A stretch of 27,788 bases of DNA, from the NCBI GenBank assembly GCA_002898935.1, contig BEII01000001.1, positions 1-27,788 on the forward strand, written 5' to 3'. Shown here one piece after another: positions 1-9,151 of the stretch. Both the position numbers and the translations under genes were made by a program. This DNA is from a bacterium HR32. GTDB lineage: Bacteria; Sysuimicrobiota; Sysuimicrobiia; Sysuimicrobiales; Sysuimicrobiaceae. The notes beneath the pieces were generated by a model, which saw nothing but the letters and a program-made list of their open reading frames with translations, did not search any database and was not told the origin of the DNA. The stretch's first letter is position 1; each line of letters starts with the position of its first letter.

Positions 1-730
1 CCGCGAGATGCAGGACGCCGTCACGGCGCACGTTCGGGCCGTCCAGGCGGGTGTCCTTGGCGTGCACGTGCACGATGTCGCCCCCCAGGCCGCGCACCGT
101 GTCGAGCACGTCCACGCCCTGCCAGAACAGGTGGCTCGGGTCCAGGTTCGCACCGACCCTGGGGCCTGCCGCCTGCCGCAGCCTCAGCAGGGTCGCCGGG
201 TTGTACACGCACTGCCCCGGGTGCATCTCCACCGCGAGGCGCACCCCGTGGCGTTCGGCCCAGTCCGCCATCTCCTGCCAAAACGGCACCACGCGCTCCC
301 GCCATTGCCACTCCACGGCCTCCACGAACTCCGGCGGCCAGGTGGAAACCACCCAGTTCGGCACGTCCCCCCCGCCCGGCGCCCCGGGACAGCCGGACAT
401 GGTGACCACGGTGTCCACCTCCAACAGCCCGGCCAGCGCCACGGTGTCCCGCACCACCTGGGCGTGGCGGCTCGCGACGTCGGACCGCGGGTGCAGCGGG
501 TTGCCGCTGCAGTTCAGCGCGCTGATCCGCAGCCCCCGGCCGCGGACGTCCCGCAGCAGCCGCTCGCGCTCGGCGCGGTCGCGCAGGAGCGCCTGTAGGT
601 CCACGTGGGGGGCGGGCGAGAAGTTCCCGGTGCCCAGCTCCACGGACTGGATGCCCCAGCGGGCGCAGCGGTCCAGTACCTCCTCCCGAGGCAGGTGGCG
701 CAGGCTGTCGGTCATGAGGCCGATCCACAC
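1..730 (-). CDS. Sugar phosphate isomerase/epimerase, xylose-isomerase-like TIM barrel (3' end runs off the window)
   Basis: Not in the ORF track because it is open at the edge. My translation from GTG at 730 (GGAGGT RBS just upstream): MWIGLMTDSLRHLPREEVLDRCARWGIQSVELGTGNFSPAPH...LNCSGNPLHP...VTMSGCPG...LAVEMHPG...GANLDPSHLFWQG...HVHAKD. The E/D/H metal-ligand pattern is that of the AP_endonuc_2 family. Confidence 0.85.
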   Translation of the reverse strand, partial: MWIGLMTDSLRHLPREEVLDRCARWGIQSVELGTGNFSPAPHVDLQALLRDRAERERLLRDVRGRGLRISALNCSGNPLHPRSDVASRHAQVVRDTVALAGLLEVDTVVTMSGCPGAPGGGDVPNWVVSTWPPEFVEAVEWQWRERVVPFWQEMADWAERHGVRLAVEMHPGQCVYNPATLLRLRQAAGPRVGANLDPSHLFWQGVDVLDTVRGLGGDIVHVHAKDTRLDGPNVRRDGVLHLA

Positions 731-743
731 CCCGCACCTCCGA

Positions 744-1772
744 TTAGGCTGCGTACAGCGGCGGGGGGTTCTCGGCGGTAAGCCGCACCGCGCCTCCCGT
801 GCGCAGGGCGTGGGCGCAGGCGCGGGCCGCCACGAGTGCCGCGTACCCGTCCCAGGCGTGCGGCCAGGGAGGTCCGCCAGACCGCAGGGTGTCCACCCAG
901 CTCGCCACCTCGGCCGCGTACGCGTCCTCAAAGCGCGCCAGCCAGTCCCCAGGCACCGAGACCCCACACCGGCCCTCGCGCCGGGCCACCACGCCGGACG
1001 GCAAGCCCGCGCTGAGCGAGCCCTGGTCTCCCACCACTTCCACGCCCACCTCGTACCCGTACCCCGCGGACAGGTTGAGCTCCACCAGCGCAAGGGCGCC
1101 GCCCGTCAGGCCGAGCTGCATCACCTGCAGGTCGAGGATGCCCTCGCCCAAGGACGGGTCCACCGACCGCCCGACCACCGCGTGCACCACCTCCACCTCC
1201 GCACCCGCAAGCCACCGCAGCTCGTCCAGGTCGTGGATGGCGGAGTTCACGATGACCGCCTCGTTGCTGCCCGGGGGGCCGTGCGCGGCGCGGGCGTTGC
1301 GGTGCCACGCCCGGAACAGCACCGGCCGGCCCACCAAGCCTTCCTCCACGGCCCGGCGCAGGGCCCGGAACTCCGGGTCGTAGCGCCGCTGGAACCCGAC
1401 CTGGACCAGTCGCCGGCCGCAGGCCAGCTCCCGGCGGACCACCTCCTCGGCGTCCTGTACCGTGGTGGCCAGCGGCTTCTCACAGAACACGGGCTTTTCG
1501 GCCTGCAAACACGCCAGCACGTAGCGGGCGTGGGTGGGGTCCGGGCTCGCCACCACCACCGCCTCCACGTCCGGATCCCGGACCAGCTCCGCCCCGTCCT
1601 CGTACGTGCGCGCCCCGCCGCACGCCTCGGCCAGCGAGCGCGCACGCTCGGGGTCGCTGTCGGCCACCGCCACCACCGCCGCGCCCCGACCCAGCAGGTT
1701 GCGGGCGTGGCGGGAGCCCATGCCGCCGGCTCCCACCACGCCCACGCGCAGCTCAGCCCACCGACCCTTCAC
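744..1772 (-). CDS. iolG: Gfo/Idh/MocA oxidoreductase, probable myo-inositol 2-dehydrogenase
   Basis: VGVVGAGGMG Rossmann motif, VFCEKP, NSAIHDLD. GTG start overlaps the upstream TGA (GTGA). Sits in the iol cluster. Confidence 0.8.
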   Translation of the reverse strand: MKGRWAELRVGVVGAGGMGSRHARNLLGRGAAVVAVADSDPERARSLAEACGGARTYEDGAELVRDPDVEAVVVASPDPTHARYVLACLQAEKPVFCEKPLATTVQDAEEVVRRELACGRRLVQVGFQRRYDPEFRALRRAVEEGLVGRPVLFRAWHRNARAAHGPPGSNEAVIVNSAIHDLDELRWLAGAEVEVVHAVVGRSVDPSLGEGILDLQVMQLGLTGGALALVELNLSAGYGYEVGVEVVGDQGSLSAGLPSGVVARREGRCGVSVPGDWLARFEDAYAAEVASWVDTLRSGGPPWPHAWDGYAALVAARACAHALRTGGAVRLTAENPPPLYAA

Positions 1773-2701
1773 TTGGCGTACTGTGCCGCGTTCTGCTTGG
1801 TCACCAGCGTGGTGCCGGTGTCGATGCGCTTGGGCACCGTCTGGCCGTTCAGGACCTTGACGGCGTTCTCGATCCCGAACTTCCCCATGTTGTACGGGTT
1901 CTGGGCCACGCTGGCTGCCATCTCGCCCCGCAGGATGGCCTGCGCGGCCTCCGGGATGGCGTCGAACCCCACGATGAGCACCTGACCCGTCCGGCCCCGA
2001 GCCTTCACCGCCTCCGCGGCCCCGAGGGCCATGAGATCGTTGGCCGCGAACACGCCCCGTACGTTGGGCCGCCGGGTGAGGATGTCTTCCATCACCTGCT
2101 GGCCCAGGGCCCGGTCGCTGTTGGCGGGCAGTTCCGCCACGATCTGCAGGCCGCACCGCCGCATGGCGTCCCGCGCACCTTCCACCCGCGCCCGGATGCT
2201 CTGGGTGGTCATGACCCCCGTGATGATAGCCACCTCACCCCGCCCCTGCAGCTGCTGGCAGAGGAACCGCCCGCCCAGCGCGCCGCCCGCGCGGTTGTCG
2301 GTTCCGATGAAGGTCACCTTGTGAGGCCAGGTGGCGTCCGTGTCCACGAACAGGACCGGGATCCGCCGTGCCCGCGCCTTGTCGAACGTGCTGTTGAGGG
2401 CGCTCACGTCCGTGGGCGCCACCACGATAGCGTTCACCCGCTTGGCGATCTGGTCCTCCAGGATGGCCACCTGCGCCTGCACGTCCGTCTCCGCGGGCGG
2501 CGAGAGCACCACGAGATTGACCCCCAGGGCCCGGGCGGCGTCCCGGGCCCCACGCTCCACCGCGGCCCAGAAGGGGTTGCCGGAACCCGGCCCCTTCATG
2601 CTGAGCAGGATGGTGTACGCGCGAGGACCCGCGCCGGCTGTGGCCGCGAGCACGGCCAGGGCCAGCGCCAGACAGACCAAGGCGAACGCGATCCGCTTCA
2701 T
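1769..2701 (-). CDS. Sugar ABC transporter substrate-binding protein (RbsB-like), probably for inositol
   Basis: Signal peptide MKRIAFALVCLALALAVLAATAGA; NPFWAAV, FIGTDN, FAANDLMALGA, GFDA motifs; AAGGAGGTG RBS. Confidence 0.92.
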   Translation of the reverse strand: MKRIAFALVCLALALAVLAATAGAGPRAYTILLSMKGPGSGNPFWAAVERGARDAARALGVNLVVLSPPAETDVQAQVAILEDQIAKRVNAIVVAPTDVSALNSTFDKARARRIPVLFVDTDATWPHKVTFIGTDNRAGGALGGRFLCQQLQGRGEVAIITGVMTTQSIRARVEGARDAMRRCGLQIVAELPANSDRALGQQVMEDILTRRPNVRGVFAANDLMALGAAEAVKARGRTGQVLIVGFDAIPEAAQAILRGEMAASVAQNPYNMGKFGIENAVKVLNGQTVPKRIDTGTTLVTKQNAAQYAK

Positions 2702-2735
2702 GCTCTTTCACCTCCTTCGGTGTGGTGTTGCGTGC

Positions 2736-3758
2736 TCACGACTCCAGCTGGGCGGCGCGCCGCCGCAAGACGTCCACGTACACCGCCAGCAGGATGATGA
2801 GCCCGATGAACACCTGCTGCCAGAACACCGACACGTTCATGAGGTTGAGCCCGTTGCGCAGCAGGCCCATGATCACCGCCCCCAAGAACACCCCGCCGGG
2901 TGTGCCGCGGCCGCCGAAGAAGCTGGCGCCGCCGATGATCACCGCCGCGATGCTGTCGAGCTCCGCGCCGATCCCCGCGGTGGGATAGGCGGAGTTCACC
3001 CGCCCCGCCAACAGCACGCCCGCCACCCCGGCTAGCGCTCCGCACAACACGTACACGAGCACCAGCAACCGCGCGGTGTCGATGCCCGCGTACTGGGCCG
3101 CCCGGGGGTTGCCGCCCAGGGCGTACAGGTGTCGTCCCGTGGGCGTCCGGCGCAGGAACACGGTCCCGGCCCCGTACAGAGCCACCACCACCAGGAACGA
3201 GATCGGGATTGCGGTCGCCAGCGGCGTGCCAGGGAACACCGTGAGGTCCGCGGAACCCAGCCACCGGACCTCGGGGGACAGCCCGGAGATCGGCACCCCT
3301 CCGCTCAACAGGTAGGTGGCGCCCCGGGCCACGTTCAGGGTGGCCAGGGTGGCGATGAAGGGGTGGGGGAGGTGCAGGCGCGTGAGCGCGAGACCGTTGG
3401 CCGCTCCGACTCCTGCGCCCAGGGCCACCGCCGCCGCCAGGCTCGCCAGGGCGGGCCAACCCGCCTTGGTGGCCAGGGCCAGCACCGTCATGCACAGCCC
3501 CATGACGGACCCCACGCTGAGGTCGATGCCCGCGGTGACCACCACCAGGAGTTGGCCCAGCGCCAGCACCGCGTTGCTGGCGATCTGTCGCGCCACGTTG
3601 GTGAGGTTCTCCCGGGTGAGGAAGAACTGCGGCTGCAAGGCGGTGAGCACCGCAATCATCAGCAGCACGACGAGCAGCAGGTCCATCCGGGCCAGGGCCG
3701 CCCGCACCCGGTCCCAGCCGAGCCCCGGTGCCGCGCGCCCGACCACTTCCGCCCTCAC
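2736..3758 (-). CDS. Sugar ABC transporter permease (RbsC family)
   Basis: TAGIDLSVGS, LPHPFIATLA, GRHLYALGGN, ELDSIAAVIIGG motifs. GTG start overlaps the ATPase stop; the ORF-track 5' extension is spurious. Confidence 0.92.
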   Translation of the reverse strand: MRAEVVGRAAPGLGWDRVRAALARMDLLLVVLLMIAVLTALQPQFFLTRENLTNVARQIASNAVLALGQLLVVVTAGIDLSVGSVMGLCMTVLALATKAGWPALASLAAAVALGAGVGAANGLALTRLHLPHPFIATLATLNVARGATYLLSGGVPISGLSPEVRWLGSADLTVFPGTPLATAIPISFLVVVALYGAGTVFLRRTPTGRHLYALGGNPRAAQYAGIDTARLLVLVYVLCGALAGVAGVLLAGRVNSAYPTAGIGAELDSIAAVIIGGASFFGGRGTPGGVFLGAVIMGLLRNGLNLMNVSVFWQQVFIGLIILLAVYVDVLRRRAAQLES

Positions 3759-4501
3759 GCGGCTCCCCCCACGATCAGCGCCACCACGTCCTCCATGCGC
3801 GCGCTGTGGCCCGGGAGCACACCGGCCACCCGGCCACGGTTCAAGACCATCACCCGATCCGACACGTCGAGGACGTCCTGCAACCGGTGGCTGATGAGCA
3901 CCACGGAAACGCCTTGGTCCCGAAGCCGCCGGATGAGTTCCAGGACCTTGCCCGCCTCCGCGACGGCCAGGCTTGCGGTGGGCTCGTCCATGATCACCAG
4001 TTTGGCCGCGAAGGCGGTGGCGCGGGCGATGGCCACGGCCTGCCGCTGTCCTCCAGAAAGCCGCTCCACCGCGAGCCGCAAGGACGGCAGCTCTACCCGC
4101 AGCGCTTCCAGGTGTTCTGCCGCCCTTCGCTCCATGGCGGGCTCGTCCAACAGCCGCCACAGCCAAACCGGACGGGTGAGCTCCCGGCCCAAAAACAGGT
4201 TGGCCACGGTGTCCAGGTTCTCCGCGAGGCCGAGATCCTGGTAGACCATCTCGATCCCCAGGCGCCGCGAGTCCAGGGGGGAGGAGAAGTGCACCTGCCT
4301 GCCCTCGAAGCGGATCTCGCCCGCGTCGGGGCGGTACACGCCCGTGAGGATCTTCATGAGGGTGGACTTCCCAGCCCCGTTGTCGCCCACCAGGCCCACC
4401 ACCTCACCCGGCTGCACAGAGAAGTCCACCGACTGCAGGGCCACCACAGGCCCGAAGCGCTTGGTGATGCCTCGCATCTCCACCCGGGCCGGTGCGCTCA
4501 C
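3755..4501 (-). CDS. Sugar ABC transporter ATP-binding protein (single NBD)
   Basis: Walker A GDNGAGKS, signature LSGGQ, Walker B VIMDEP, H-loop ISH. Confidence 0.95.
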   Translation of the reverse strand: MSAPARVEMRGITKRFGPVVALQSVDFSVQPGEVVGLVGDNGAGKSTLMKILTGVYRPDAGEIRFEGRQVHFSSPLDSRRLGIEMVYQDLGLAENLDTVANLFLGRELTRPVWLWRLLDEPAMERRAAEHLEALRVELPSLRLAVERLSGGQRQAVAIARATAFAAKLVIMDEPTASLAVAEAGKVLELIRRLRDQGVSVVLISHRLQDVLDVSDRVMVLNRGRVAGVLPGHSARMEDVVALIVGGAA

Positions 4502-5679
4502 GCCACCCTCCCTGCAGGCTCCACCAGTGTCTTGCCGGCGGGCGGCAGGCGCTCCTGGAGAACCTGCGGCGTCTGGTCCAGCGTCACCACCCGCGCCACC
4601 AAGGCCCCCAGGGGCAACTCGCCTCGGGCCACGCGCTCGACGAGGGGCGGGAACGTGCGCTCGCCCGCGTGGCCCAACGACCCCACCACCCGACCTGCGG
4701 CGGACACCAGACGGTCGAGCTCTACGGGGACCGCGCCTGCCTGACGGCCCAGGAGGAGCACCGTGCCTCTCGGGGCCAGAGCCTCCAGCATCTCGGGCAC
4801 CGTGGCCTGCAGGGCGCCGGAAGCCTCCACTTGCAGCTCAGCCCCGTGCCCGGCGGTGAGTTCCCGCACCACGTCGGCTGGCCTGCGGCCCTGTCGCTGC
4901 AGTTCGTCCCACGCGTACACCACCTCCGCGCCCACGGCCCGCGCCAGGTCCTCGCCGCCCGGCCTGCGCTTGAACACCAGGACCTGCCCTGCACCCGCGG
5001 CGCGGGCCAGGGCGGCGCAGCTCAACCCCACCACCCCGGCGCCGTACACGACCACGGTGCCGCCCGCGGGGACGCCTCCCGCCTCCAGGAAGAGGCCCTG
5101 GTAGGCCACTGCCGCAGGCTCCAGCAGCGCGGCCACCCGGTAACCGTCCCCCGCACCCAGGGCCTGCACGATGGGGTTCGCGTCGAAGCAACAGCGCTCC
5201 GGGACGATGGCGTACTCCGCGAGACCACCTGGCTTGGTGAACCCGATCTCCTCCACGGACGCGCACTGGTTGGTGGCACCCGCGCGGCAGGACGCGCAGT
5301 GCCCGCACGCTACGATGTTGTCGCAGGTCACGGCGTCCCCGGGCCGCACGCGGTGCACCCCGGGGCCGACCTCCACCACCACGCCCGCGAACTCGTGCCC
5401 GGGCACCAGCGGCAGGCGCACCCGGCCCGCGTACCGCATGTACCCGTCCTCGTCCTCCGCGCACAGAGCGCGGTCCGACCCGCACAACCCGCAGGCAGCC
5501 ACCCGCACCAGCACCTCCCCGGGACCCGGCGGCCGCAGGGGAACCGTCTGGACAGAGACCTGGGGCCACCGTCACGCCCGGTTTCCCGGCGGCGCCGCGC
5601 GGGCGTCTGGGGCTTTCGAGCCCCGCGGTGCCCAGGTCCCCTGGATCACGACCGCGCGCACGCCCGGGCCCGAGGTCAC
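4498..5679 (-). pseudogene. Zn-dependent dehydrogenase resembling scyllo-inosose 3-dehydrogenase (IolM), with an in-frame TGA at codon 36 (5574-5572)
   Basis: One frame from GTG 5679 (GTGA overlap with the iolA stop) reads [19 protein letters not shown]...GNRA*RWPQVSVQTVP...CGLCGSD...DEDGYMRY...GHEFAG...CGHCASC...QC...LLEPAAVAY...GSLGHAG. These match Thermotoga IolM as I recall it. Pseudogene status is inferred from the stop alone. Confidence 0.65.
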
Positions 5680-7136
5680 CAGCGCTCCACCACGACCTTC
5701 TTCTCGGTGTAGAACTCCACCGCGTCCCGGCCCTGCCCGTGCAGGTCCCCGAAGAAGCTCTCCTTCATCCCGCAGAAGGGGTAGAAGGCCATGGGCGCCG
5801 CCACCCCCACGTTGATCCCGATGTTCCCCGCCTGCACCTCGTACCGGAACTTCCGCGCCGCCGCCCCACTCCGCGTGAACAAACACGCCATGTTCCCGTA
5901 GTTCCCCCGGTTCACCATCTCGATGGCTTCCTCAATGTCCCGTACGTGCACCAGCCCCAGCACCGGCCCGAAGATCTCCGTCCGCGCCACCACCCCCTCC
6001 GGCGGCACGTCCTCCAAAACCGTGGGCCGCACGAAGAACCCTCCCTCGTACCCGGGCACCCGCGCCCCACGCCCGTCCACCACAATCCGCGCTCCTTCCT
6101 CCGCGCCCTTCCCGATGAGCCCCTCGATCCGCTCCTTGCTCTCCCGACGGATCACCGGCCCCATCTCCACCCCAGGCTCCAGCCCGTAGCCCACCCGCCG
6201 GGACGCCGCCAGCTCCGCGATCGCCTCCCGAAAGGGCCCCCGCGCCTCCCCCACCACCACCGCCAACGAGCTGGCCAGACACCGCTGCCCCGCACACCCG
6301 AACGCCGACTCCGCCACCACCCGCGGCACCAGATCCCAGTCTGCGTCCGGCATCACCACCACCGGGTTCTTCGCTCCGCCCTGACACTGCGCCCGCTTCC
6401 CGTTCGCCGTCGCCCGCGTGTACACATACTTGGCCACCGGACTCGACCCCACAAAACTCACCGCCCGCACCAACGGGTGGTCCAAGATCGCGTCCACCGT
6501 CTCCTTCGCCCCGTTCACCACGTTCACCACACCGGGCGGCAGCCCCGCCCGCTCCACCAGACCCATGATCTTCTGCATCGTCAGGGGGACCTTGTCCGAA
6601 GGCTTCACCAGGATGGCGTTCCCACACGCCACCGCGTACGGCAAGAACCACAGCGGGATCATCCCCGGGAAGTTGAACGGCGTGATCGCCGCCACCACCC
6701 CCACCGGCTGCCGGTACAAATGCTCGTCAATCCCCCGCGCCACGTCCTCGGTGTTGTAGCCCTGCATCAGGCTGGGCGCCCCACACGCCACCTCCACGTT
6801 CTCAATCCCACGCCGGAGCTCGCCCACCGACTCCTCGTACGTCTTCCCGCACTCCTCCGTCACCGTCCGCGCCAGGTCCTCCAGGTTCTCCTCCAACAGG
6901 CCCTTCAGCCGGAACAGGTACTGCACCCGCTCCGTCACCGGCACCCGACGCCAGCCCTCGAACGCCCGCGCCGCCACCCGCGCCGCTTCGTCCACCTCCT
7001 CGCGACTGCTGCCATACCCCCGCGCCAACACTTCGCCCGTCGCCGGGTTGTACACCACGAGCTCCTCTGACCCGCTCGGCCGCTTCCACTCGCCCCCCAC
7101 ACAGTTCAGAACCTCCGTCAAGGCCACACGGCTCAT
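5676..7136 (-). CDS. iolA: CoA-acylating methylmalonate/malonate-semialdehyde dehydrogenase
   Basis: [28 protein letters not shown] (catalytic Cys), EIFGPV, FFGDLH. ATG at 7136 overlaps the iolD stop. Confidence 0.93.
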   Translation of the reverse strand: MSRVALTEVLNCVGGEWKRPSGSEELVVYNPATGEVLARGYGSSREEVDEAARVAARAFEGWRRVPVTERVQYLFRLKGLLEENLEDLARTVTEECGKTYEESVGELRRGIENVEVACGAPSLMQGYNTEDVARGIDEHLYRQPVGVVAAITPFNFPGMIPLWFLPYAVACGNAILVKPSDKVPLTMQKIMGLVERAGLPPGVVNVVNGAKETVDAILDHPLVRAVSFVGSSPVAKYVYTRATANGKRAQCQGGAKNPVVVMPDADWDLVPRVVAESAFGCAGQRCLASSLAVVVGEARGPFREAIAELAASRRVGYGLEPGVEMGPVIRRESKERIEGLIGKGAEEGARIVVDGRGARVPGYEGGFFVRPTVLEDVPPEGVVARTEIFGPVLGLVHVRDIEEAIEMVNRGNYGNMACLFTRSGAAARKFRYEVQAGNIGINVGVAAPMAFYPFCGMKESFFGDLHGQGRDAVEFYTEKKVVVERW

Positions 7137-8995
7137 AACAGGTCCCTCTCCCGCGCGCGGCTTCGCTCGTACTCCCCCCGGGCGCGCTGCACGGACGGCA
7201 TCCCAGACACCTCGGGCACGGGCACGTCCCACCAAGCCTCGTAGGCGGGGACCCGCGCGTTTCGGTCCACCTCCACCACGATCACCGTGGTGCGGTCCTG
7301 CCTTCGGGCCTCTTCCAGCGCACTCCACAGCTCCTCCCGGGTGTGGGCCCGCAGGGCGTGGGCGCCCAGGCTACGGGCGTTGGCGGCTAGGTCCACGGGT
7401 AACGGTTCGCCGTCCAGGTGGCCGGTGGCGGGGTTGCGCAACCGGTGGTGAGTGCCGAACCCTCCGAGGCCCAGGGACTCCGACAGCCCTCCGATGCTGC
7501 TGTACCCGTGGTTGTCCAACAGGACCACGGTGAGCTTCAGCCCCTCCTGCACCGCGGTCGTCAGGTCTCCGGGCATCATGAGGTAGGAGCCGTCCCCCAC
7601 CATCACGTACACCTCGCGGTCGGGGTCCGCCAGCTTCACCCCGATCCCGCCCGGGATCTCGTAGCCCATACACGAGTAGCCGTACTCCAGGTGGTAGGTG
7701 CCGGGCTTGCGGGCACGCCAAAGCTTGTGCAGGTCTCCGGGCAGGCTGCCCGCCGCGCACACCACCACGTCCTCTGGGCGCGCGAAGGCGTTCACAAGCC
7801 CGATGACCTCCGCCTGGGCCATGGGCGGGCCGTGCCGCTGGCTCACCAGGCGCTCCACCTCCGCTTCCCACGCCTCCCGCAGCCGGCTCACCTCCTGCGC
7901 GTACTCCTCAGACACCCGGTAGCCCGCGAGCGCACGGGCCAGTTCTTGGAGCGCCACCCGAGCGTCGCCCACGAGCGGCAGCGCCGCGTGCTTGTGCGCG
8001 TCCTGGGGGCTCACGTTCACCGCCACGAACCGCACCGCGGGGTTCTCGAACAGCGTCTTGGAGGCCGTGGTGAAGTCGTCCAAGGCGGTCCCCACGGCGA
8101 GGACGAGGTCTGCGGCGCGGGCCATGCGGTTCGCGGCCAAGGTGCCCGTCACGCCCACGGCGCCCAGGTTCTGAGGGTGGTCGCTAGGCAGCGCGCTCTT
8201 GCCGGCCTGCGTCTCGCCCACGGGGATGCCCGTGGCCTCCACGAAGGCCCGCAGCGCGTCCTCAGCCTCGCTGTAGAGCACGCCGCCGCCTGCGATGAGA
8301 AAGGGCCTGCGGCTCGATCGGATCCACGCCGCCGCCTGCGCCAGCAGGCGGGCGTCCGGCGCAGGCCTCGGGATGTGCCACGTCCGGGGCTCGAACAACT
8401 TCGCGGGGAAGTCCCAGGCTTCTGCCTGCACGTCCTGCGGCAGCGCCAGGGTCACCGCGCCGGTCTCCACCGGGGAGGTGAGCACCCGCATGGCCTCCAG
8501 GAGCGCCGAGGGCAGCTGGTCTGGCCGGTTGATGCGATCCCAGTAACGGGAGACCGGCTTGAAGCAGTCGTTCACCGAGACGTCCTGAGACCACCCGGCC
8601 TCCAGCTGTTGGAGGACCGGGGCCACGTTGCGGCGTGCGAAGATGTCCCCGGGGAGGAGCAACACGGGCAGCCGGTTGATGGTGGCGGCCGCGGCACCCG
8701 TGACCATGTTGGTGGCGCCCGGTCCGATGGAGGACGTGCAGGCGAAGGCCCGCATCCGGCGGGTGGCCTTCGCGAAGGCGGCTGCGGCGTGCACCATGGC
8801 CTGCTCGTTGCGGCCGAAGTAGAAGCGCAGCTGCGGGAACTCCTGCAGCGCCTGCCCCACCCCCGCCACGTTCCCGTGCCCGAAGATCCCCCACACACCG
8901 GCGAAGAACTGAGCCTCGCGGCCGTCCCGCTCCACGCGCTGGGCCGCGAGGAAGGCCACCAGGGCCTGCGCCGTCGTCAGCCGTCGGGTTCTCAC
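7133..8995 (-). CDS. iolD: 3D-(3,5/4)-trihydroxycyclohexane-1,2-dione acylhydrolase (ThDP-dependent)
   Basis: [51 protein letters not shown]...N. GTG start at 8995 (ATG at 9046 is an alternative). Confidence 0.95.
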   Translation of the reverse strand: MRTRRLTTAQALVAFLAAQRVERDGREAQFFAGVWGIFGHGNVAGVGQALQEFPQLRFYFGRNEQAMVHAAAAFAKATRRMRAFACTSSIGPGATNMVTGAAAATINRLPVLLLPGDIFARRNVAPVLQQLEAGWSQDVSVNDCFKPVSRYWDRINRPDQLPSALLEAMRVLTSPVETGAVTLALPQDVQAEAWDFPAKLFEPRTWHIPRPAPDARLLAQAAAWIRSSRRPFLIAGGGVLYSEAEDALRAFVEATGIPVGETQAGKSALPSDHPQNLGAVGVTGTLAANRMARAADLVLAVGTALDDFTTASKTLFENPAVRFVAVNVSPQDAHKHAALPLVGDARVALQELARALAGYRVSEEYAQEVSRLREAWEAEVERLVSQRHGPPMAQAEVIGLVNAFARPEDVVVCAAGSLPGDLHKLWRARKPGTYHLEYGYSCMGYEIPGGIGVKLADPDREVYVMVGDGSYLMMPGDLTTAVQEGLKLTVVLLDNHGYSSIGGLSESLGLGGFGTHHRLRNPATGHLDGEPLPVDLAANARSLGAHALRAHTREELWSALEEARRQDRTTVIVVEVDRNARVPAYEAWWDVPVPEVSGMPSVQRARGEYERSRARERDLL

Positions 8996-8999
8996 GGCT

Positions 9000-9017
9000 T
9001 GTTCGGAACTCCGAACA
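9000..9017. promoter_or_regulatory. Perfect palindrome TGTTCGGA-AC-TCCGAACA, candidate IclR-family operator
   Basis: 8-bp arms, lying between the putative iolD promoter and the iolD start. An IclR gene is in the cluster. Confidence 0.6.
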
Positions 9018-9047
9018 GTCTTCGCCTTTTGGAACGAGCGCAGCATG

Positions 9048-9076
9048 AGTAGAGCACGTCCGGCCGGGCTTGTCAA
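9048..9076 (-). promoter_or_regulatory. Putative sigma70 promoter for iolD-iolA-iolM-ABC-iolG
   Basis: Perfect TTGACA at 9076-9071; 17 nt downstream is a weak TGn-TCTACT -10. Confidence 0.45.
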
Positions 9077-9151
9077 ACGTCTCGATGTGGCCGGCTCCGA
9101 ATCGAGGGCGAGTGGAGACGTTTCACGGCGTGAATGCATATAATTCATGAC

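Noticed and set aside
5572-5574. Selenocysteine or genome-wide UGA=Trp recoding as the cause of the in-frame TGA
   Set aside because: The position appears to align with Trp rather than Cys, and GC-rich RNA folds readily. Many genes here end at TGA exactly at their expected C-termini (iolA, iolD, rplI, ssb, rpsF), so UGA is a normal stop.
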